This document shows, one piece after another, positions 58,604 through 64,000 of a DNA stretch of 64,000 bases; position 1 is the stretch's first letter; every line of letters starts with the position of its first letter. The notes below the pieces were generated by a model that was given only the letters and a program-made list of their open reading frames with translations, was not told the DNA's origin and ran no database searches. The stretch covers positions 219,396-283,395 of the forward strand of contig CAZINT010000001.1 of the NCBI GenBank assembly GCA_964540825.1. The letters run 5' to 3'. Both the position numbers and the translations under genes were made by a program. The DNA comes from an uncultured Gammaproteobacteria bacterium. GTDB taxonomy: Bacteria > Patescibacteriota > Patescibacteriia > Magasanikbacterales > GWA2-37-8.

Positions 58604-59956
58604 ATGGCTCGTACTACTGCCACACCTATTCCTGACAAAGAAATTACGCCTATCAATCCGACGCATACCGCCGGTAAAGCAGTTAACTACCGTGACAGCT
58701 GGCGTATTTTTAAAATCATTGCGGAGTTTGTCGAAGGGTATCAGTTTTTGAGCAAACTGGAGCGTGAAGTAACTATTTTGGGTTCTGCCAGGCTTAACTC
58801 GAATAATAAATATTACAAAATTGCCGAGCGCCTGGGTAAGTTACTGGCAAAGGCAGGCTTTACGGTGATTACCGGTGGAGGCCCGGGTATAATGGAAGCA
58901 GCCAACCGCGGGGCTTTTGAAGCAGGCGGCGAAAGCATTGGTTTGAATATTGAATTGCCGTTTGAGCAGCGTATTAACCCATATGTAAAAAAAGCGATCG
59001 CTTTTGAATATTTTTTTACGCGCAAAGTAATGCTCACGTCGCCAGCAAATGCCTTTGTGTATTTCCCGGGCGGCTTTGGAACGATGGATGAATTGTTTGA
59101 AGTCATGGACTACATGGAGCAGGGATATATGGTGCGTTCACCAATTGTGCTGGTGGGGCGAGAGTTTTGGCAGCCGTTGGTAAAATTTTTACGCCATCAA
59201 GCCGCGGAGACAATTCATTCAGCCGAAATAACGGATATTGATTTTTTATTTTTAGTCGACACTGCCGAAGAAGCTTTTGATTTAATTAAAAATGCCGGAG
59301 ACAGGCCGAATGTCGGCGAGGTTCACGAAGAAGGCGGGCCGTTTTATAACGATGGTACGGGTTGGCGCGTGTTTCGTATGATGGCCGAACTGGTTGATGG
59401 CTTTGAATTTTTGACGCAGATCGATCGCGATGTAACTATTTTTGGAACGAAAAGTATTGCCCCCGGTTCTACTTATTACGAAGCAGCCTATACCGTCGGC
59501 AAAAAATTAGCTGAAAATGGCTTTAGTGTTATTACCGGGGGCGGCCCGGGTATTATGGAGGCGGCCAACAAAGGCGCGTACGAAGCAGGAGGGGAAAGCG
59601 TTGGTGTCGGTATGCAGCTCAACGGTAAAGACCGGATTAATAGCTATGTAACAAAATCAAAAAGTTTTTATTTTCCATTCATCCGAAAACTCATCATCAC
59701 CTCACCATCGGATGAATTTATTTTTTTCCCCGGCGGGTTTGGTACGCTGCACCAGCTGTTTGAATTATTGACCCTGCAAGAAACCAAAAAAATTGAACCA
59801 ATTTCAACGCTTTTGTACGGCAAAGAATATTGGCAGCCGCTGATGGATTTTATTCATTCACTTTATAATGTCTACGGTACGATTAGTGAGATGGATGAAG
59901 ATTTTATCAAAGTCATCAGTTCTCCGGAAGAAGTGCTCAGGTACATGGGAAGCTAA
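58604..59956 (+). CDS. tandem two-domain LOG-family Rossmann-fold protein
   Basis: two copies of TGGGPGIMEAAN and PGGFGT. Confidence 0.85.
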   Translation: MARTTATPIPDKEITPINPTHTAGKAVNYRDSWRIFKIIAEFVEGYQFLSKLEREVTILGSARLNSNNKYYKIAERLGKLLAKAGFTVITGGGPGIMEAANRGAFEAGGESIGLNIELPFEQRINPYVKKAIAFEYFFTRKVMLTSPANAFVYFPGGFGTMDELFEVMDYMEQGYMVRSPIVLVGREFWQPLVKFLRHQAAETIHSAEITDIDFLFLVDTAEEAFDLIKNAGDRPNVGEVHEEGGPFYNDGTGWRVFRMMAELVDGFEFLTQIDRDVTIFGTKSIAPGSTYYEAAYTVGKKLAENGFSVITGGGPGIMEAANKGAYEAGGESVGVGMQLNGKDRINSYVTKSKSFYFPFIRKLIITSPSDEFIFFPGGFGTLHQLFELLTLQETKKIEPISTLLYGKEYWQPLMDFIHSLYNVYGTISEMDEDFIKVISSPEEVLRYMGS

Positions 59957-59958
59957 CT

Positions 59959-60720
59959 ATGATTCCGTTTTTTCAGTTTACACAAATTCACCTCGGCCCC
60001 ATTACTATCCAAGTGTGGGGCTTGTTGGTTGCGCTTGGTATGCTTGCCGGCCTCTGGTTTTTTTACGTGCAGGCAAAAAAACGCGGACTTGAGGGAAATC
60101 TGGTTTTGGATTTGGGTTTGTACGCCATTATTGGCGGTGTTCTGATGGCGCGATTGTTTCACATTTTTTTGTACGAACCGGCGTATTATGTAGCCAACCC
60201 GGCCGAGATGATTGCTTTTTGGCACGGCGGGTCATCGTCATTGGGTGGTTTCGTCGGGGCGGCAGTAGCAGCGGTTATTTTTTGTAAAAAAAGAAAAATT
60301 ACCTGGGGTTTGTTTGTACCGTATTTTGATATTGGCATCCTGGGTTTATGGCTGGGGTGGGGAATAGGGCGAATTGGCTGTTTCTTGATTCATGATCACC
60401 CGGGGACGCTCAGCAGCTTCGTTTTGGCCGTACGCTACCCTGGCGGAGCGCGCCACGATTTAGGGCTCTATGATTCGCTTTTGGCCTTTGGTATTTTTAT
60501 TATTTTTTCACTACTTTTTAAAAAACTGATTAAAAAAGGATCGGGACTCGTGGCACTATATTCAATCATCGCCTACGCTACGGTCCGTTTCTTTTTCGAT
60601 TTTTTGCGTATTGCTGATGTGAAGTATTGGTACTTTACGCCGGCCCAGTGGGGGATGCTGGCAGTAGTTATTACCTTGACTTTGGTGCTTCGGAAGAGTA
60701 CAGTAAGGCAACCAAAATAA
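59959..60720 (+). CDS. lgt: prolipoprotein diacylglyceryl transferase
   Basis: ARLFH, WHGG, GRIGCF, RFFFDFLR. Confidence 0.85.
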   Translation: MIPFFQFTQIHLGPITIQVWGLLVALGMLAGLWFFYVQAKKRGLEGNLVLDLGLYAIIGGVLMARLFHIFLYEPAYYVANPAEMIAFWHGGSSSLGGFVGAAVAAVIFCKKRKITWGLFVPYFDIGILGLWLGWGIGRIGCFLIHDHPGTLSSFVLAVRYPGGARHDLGLYDSLLAFGIFIIFSLLFKKLIKKGSGLVALYSIIAYATVRFFFDFLRIADVKYWYFTPAQWGMLAVVITLTLVLRKSTVRQPK

Positions 60721-60723
60721 ATT

Positions 60724-60806
60724 GGAGAGTTCGCATATCCCAAAGGGATCCCTTGGGAGTTGGTCTAGTGCGCACGTCCCGAAGGGACCCCTTCGGGGCT
60801 TGGAAA
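60724..60806 (+). pseudogene. duplicated 5' half of tRNA-Ser interrupted by two palindromic inserts
   Basis: identical to the tRNA at 61065 through the anticodon loop once 60738-60758 and 60777-60798 are removed. Confidence 0.85.
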
Positions 60807-60815
60807 TAGAAAAGT

Positions 60816-61079
60816 ATGACTTGGTACATATATATACTTTTAAGTCAATCCAAACTCCATTGGTATATTGGTTCATCTGGCAATCTGCCGGATAGACTTC
60901 GTCGTCATAATGGTGGAATGAGTAAAAGCACCAAACCGTATAGACCGTGGAATATGGTATACACAGAATCCTTCAATACTTTGTCTGAAGCGGTACGAAG
61001 GGAGCGGTATTTAAAATCACCTCAAGGGTATAAGGAGTATCAACAAATAAAAAATAACATTCTTGGAGAGTTCGCATAG
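60816..61079 (+). CDS. small GIY-YIG nuclease
   Basis: YIYIL..WYIGSS..RLRRHN..RE.YLKS; stop codon lies inside the tRNA 5' end. Confidence 0.9.
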   Translation: MTWYIYILLSQSKLHWYIGSSGNLPDRLRRHNGGMSKSTKPYRPWNMVYTESFNTLSEAVRRERYLKSPQGYKEYQQIKNNILGEFA

Positions 61080-61150
61080 TTGGTCTAGTGCGCACGCTTG
61101 GAAAGCGTGTATACCGAAAGGTATCGAGGGTTCGAATCCCTCACTCTCCG
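61065..61150 (+). tRNA. tRNA-Ser(GGA)
   Basis: acceptor GGAGAGT/ACTCTCC, anticodon arm CACGC-TTGGAAA-GCGTG, long variable arm, GGTTCGAATCC. Confidence 0.95.
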
Positions 61151-61224
61151 CATCTTGAAAATCGTAGTTGAAAGCGTGTTGCAAATGGGCGCATAATGGA
61201 CACTATTTATTTTGTAAAAATAAA

Positions 61225-61656
61225 ATGTTCAGCTCTATCTATCAATTAGGCGACAAACTGGAAGATAAGGTGCGGGGCTGGTGCAGTCATCGCCCGATTA
61301 CGTATGCGTTTATCGGCGGCTTTGGCGTGGTAGTTTTTTGGCGAGGAGCATGGAATACGGTCGATTTTCTTATGAGCCATTTTTTCGGTTCTGGCGGCGG
61401 TGAAACGTTGCTTTGGTGGGATGGGCCGCTTTCCCTCGCAGTGGGTTCGGCTATTACGCTTGCGACCGGTTTATTTGTGTCCAATTTTATCGGTAACGAA
61501 ATTATTATTTCCGGGCTGCGCGGACAAAAGAAATTAGTGGAAAAAACTGAGGCGGAAATTATTTCGGAAGTAGAAACAATTGAAGAAATTCATACGGATG
61601 TTCATGCGATGGCCAAACAAGTGCAGCATATTGAAAAAACAGTTGCAAAGGAGTAG
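61225..61656 (+). CDS. hypothetical membrane protein
   Basis: two TMs plus C-terminal coiled coil; ATG 61225 preferred. Confidence 0.65.
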   Translation: MFSSIYQLGDKLEDKVRGWCSHRPITYAFIGGFGVVVFWRGAWNTVDFLMSHFFGSGGGETLLWWDGPLSLAVGSAITLATGLFVSNFIGNEIIISGLRGQKKLVEKTEAEIISEVETIEEIHTDVHAMAKQVQHIEKTVAKE

Positions 61657-61777
61657 TTCTGGTACTAGTTAAAAATAAAATTCAGCTGCGCTACCGCGAC
61701 TACCTCATTTCGAGTGAGGTAGTTTGAATATGTGGTATAGTATGAAAAATTCATACAAGGTGATTGATTAAAATGAT

Positions 61778-62026
61778 ATGACTAAAAAAGAATCCGGCCG
61801 ATTGCCGCATGTGCTGCCTGCGGATTTTAAAAAGGCTATTGCTACAACCCCCTCTGTCCAGGCGCTGTGGGACGATATTAGCCCGCTCGCGCGTAACGAG
61901 TGGATTTGTTGGGTAACGTCCGGCAAAAAAGCGGAGACGCGCGATATTCGTATTGAGAAAGGTATCTCAAAGATGAAAGGTGGCATGCGGAGGCCGTGCT
62001 GTTGGCCAGGGTGTCCGCATCGGTAA
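61778..62026 (+). CDS. YdeI/OmpD-associated family protein
   Basis: PADFKKA..W..ISPLARNEWICWV..KKAETR..RI. Confidence 0.8.
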   Translation: MTKKESGRLPHVLPADFKKAIATTPSVQALWDDISPLARNEWICWVTSGKKAETRDIRIEKGISKMKGGMRRPCCWPGCPHR

Positions 62027-62104
62027 GTTGTTTGAAAATATATCGTACTAAAAATTTCCTTAGCGGAAATTTTTTTATTTTAAAAAATAGTTTAAAAAAG
62101 AAGA

Positions 62105-62136
62105 AGCCCCCGACACGACGAAGCGTGTCGGGGGCT
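62105..62136 (-). terminator. intrinsic terminator after cassette 8
   Basis: AGCCCCCGACACG...CGTGTCGGGGGCT then T tract on minus strand. Confidence 0.8.
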
Positions 62137-62166
62137 GAGGAGGAAAGAGCGGGGGTAGGCGGGGAG

Positions 62167-63306
62167 CTAGCCGCCGTAGGAGTAGACGATCGGCCTGAGC
62201 GGGAGGGTCTGGCCCGAGGCGGTCAGACCCGCGAGAACTCCGTCACTCCAGCTGATGCCGTTGTTCGGCACGCTGACCTCGAGGCTCTGTGCCCCGCCGG
62301 TCCCGAAGTCGGTGGTGTCGAACGTGCACGTGATGGTCTTGCTCTGACCAGAGGAGATGGTGGAGGCGATGGGGAGGTTCAGGTTCCCGTTGATGGGGTC
62401 GCCCTTCCTGTAGAGGTGGCTACCGATCAGCGAGCCGTTCGAGTAGCACGCCAGCAGCCGGTCGTTGTTGACATTCTCGATGCTCGACTTCAGCGCGAGC
62501 TTCAGCGAGCTGACCGGGGTCGTGTAGTTGCCGTTGTTCAGGACGTTGGTGACGACGACCTTCACGATCGTCTGGGTCGCAGAGGGCGACGACGGACCTT
62601 TGGGGCTGTCGCTGGCCCACTCGACCCCGATCTTGGCGCGGTAGGTGGTGGCCGTGGCCGCGTGTGCCCCGAGCGCTGGGGACCCGGTCTTGTTGTCCTT
62701 GACGACCACCTTCAGCGTCTGCGCGGTCTTGACGTTCACCGCGGTGATTGGGGTGAAGTTCTCGAGCGGGGCGAGGATGGCCGGGGTGGCCTGCTGTCCG
62801 GTGGTGGTGAACCCCTCGTTGTAGTCGGCGATGTCGACCAGCTGGCTGATGTAGCGGCAGCTGTTGTTGGGCACGAACAGGTTGAGGTTGGGGTTGATCG
62901 CGTGGCTGTAGCCCGCCGCGATCTCCTGGCCGTTCACGTACTGCTCGAAGTTGGCCGCGGTCGCGCCGATGGGCGCCCCGTTCTCGTCGATGTACCGCGC
63001 GTTGCGGAAGATGGGCGGCTGCATGCCGTTGTAGCGCAGCGAGCTGATCACCTTCTCGAGGCGTCCACCGGCCTCCGGCGTGCCCGTCACGCAGATGGTG
63101 TAGGTGGCGACCTTGACGCCGATGGCGCCCATGACGTAGTTGGTGGGGCCGGGCGTGCTCTGATCGATCGCGACCGTGAGCGTGCCCGGGTTCTCGTAGT
63201 CGGGCAGGTTGAGGGTCGGGACCGGCTTGTCCGGCTCGTCGCCGGTCACCATCCCGCCGCAGCCGAAGGCGGCGGTGAGGGCCAGGATCATGAGGTGCTT
63301 GTGCAT
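62167..63306 (-). CDS. high-GC lipoprotein with Ig-like beta-sandwich domains (cassette 8)
   Basis: AAGGAG 8 nt upstream of ATG 63306; lipobox AFGC; Thr/Ser/Asn/Val-rich beta strands. Confidence 0.8.
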   Translation of the reverse strand: MHKHLMILALTAAFGCGGMVTGDEPDKPVPTLNLPDYENPGTLTVAIDQSTPGPTNYVMGAIGVKVATYTICVTGTPEAGGRLEKVISSLRYNGMQPPIFRNARYIDENGAPIGATAANFEQYVNGQEIAAGYSHAINPNLNLFVPNNSCRYISQLVDIADYNEGFTTTGQQATPAILAPLENFTPITAVNVKTAQTLKVVVKDNKTGSPALGAHAATATTYRAKIGVEWASDSPKGPSSPSATQTIVKVVVTNVLNNGNYTTPVSSLKLALKSSIENVNNDRLLACYSNGSLIGSHLYRKGDPINGNLNLPIASTISSGQSKTITCTFDTTDFGTGGAQSLEVSVPNNGISWSDGVLAGLTASGQTLPLRPIVYSYGG

Positions 63307-63445
63307 CTGCTTCACTCCTTCTTCGAAGTTGGACTAGGACATTCTCCAAAGCTGTTGCCAGCCTGGAAAAAAAGGCTTAGGCAGCATTTTTTTCAAAGCT
63401 CGAACAATTTCTAAAGTTGAACGACATTGTTTTAGGCGAAAATTA

Positions 63446-63474
63446 TTTCTAGCACAAAATTGCCGATGTGTCAA
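63446..63474 (-). promoter_or_regulatory. sigma70 promoter of cassette 8
   Basis: minus strand TTGACA-17bp-TAGAAA with TGTGC. Confidence 0.6.
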
Positions 63475-63596
63475 GGGTAATCGTTGCTTTTTGTTTAAGA
63501 TAAGCAAAAATATTTTTCCGGATACTTGCAATTTTTGTATAAATTACATTAAAAAAATGATATACTTACCAACTGCTTATTCATTCTTAATAAACT

Positions 63597-64000
63597 ATGA
63601 AATTTTCAAAATACACAGCGATAGGCGCCCTTGTCGTCGCTGGTTTTTTAGTTACGCTAACGGTTGCTTGCGCACATGTCGCCTCGGCTGCTCCTGAGCG
63701 CCAGGCAGATGTGCGCGGCAAGGCAGCGAGCTCAACATTTAAAGCGCGTTTTGAGCAGTATCAAAAAAACTCTTTGAGCAGTACTGGGCGGGTTATGGGA
63801 GTTACAAAAATTCTTGAATGGCCGCGGGTATAGTGTGGCAGCGAGTGGCCCTGGATCAAAAGGTAATGAAAGCACGAGCTTTGGACCGGCGACTACCCGG
63901 GCGCTGATTAAGTTTCAAGAAGTGAATGCGGCCGTGATTTTGAAACCTTTTGGGTTGACGAAGGGGACGGGTGTGTTTGGCGAGGCGACGAGGAAAGTAA
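63597..64000 (+). pseudogene. frameshifted secreted peptidoglycan-binding-domain protein (runs off window end)
   Basis: signal peptide in frame of 63597; from 63799 the +1 frame reads ELQKFLNGRGY..GPGSKGNE..FGPATTRALIKFQ..GTGVFGEATR. Confidence 0.7.

Noticed and set aside
60724-61150. intron-containing or split tRNA
   Set aside because: The downstream tRNA is complete by itself, so the upstream piece is a redundant duplicate.
61996-63414. 472-aa plus ORF and 309-aa alternate-frame ORF
   Set aside because: Shadows of the minus-strand lipoprotein 62167-63306.
1-64000. alternative genetic code (TGA recoding)
   Set aside because: Conserved genes are full length under the standard bacterial code.

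Overview
A genomic segment of a CPR/Patescibacteria-like bacterium (inferred: about 45% GC by spot counts, native genes lack Shine-Dalgarno motifs, long acidic orphan proteins, CPR-style surface proteins). The backbone carries cell-envelope genes (wzz-like, O-antigen ligase, mpl/murC-like, mraY, murB, murF, a class B PBP, LTA-synthase-like, lgt), a split suf Fe-S cluster with ferredoxins, typA, gpsA, rarA, tsaE, gatCA, tRNA-Glu(CTC) followed by a type III R-M island, and tRNA-Ser(GGA) with an adjacent GIY-YIG gene. The standout feature is eight dispersed single-gene high-GC cassettes (ORFs at 7453, 8668, 10225, 32568, 38220 on +; 52872, 56670, 63306 on -). Each has the same layout: AT-rich native-type sigma70 promoter (TTGACA in seven, TTGCGG in one; 17-bp spacer), an often structured leader (three with a boxA-like CG(C/T)TCTTTACAA motif), a Shine-Dalgarno-like site that native genes lack, a GC3-rich ORF and a downstream hairpin. 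The cargo is mostly lipoproteins, secreted or beta-barrel-like proteins with myxobacterial-style Cys/TSP3 motifs, plus an atypical P450. This may be a system of transcripts tuned for a high-GC host's translation machinery; that is a hypothesis, and serial HGT or misassembly are the alternatives. Also noted: a four-helix-bundle gene bounded by 37-bp inverted repeats with an empty copy nearby, and a duplicated tRNA-Ser half interrupted by two palindromic inserts.
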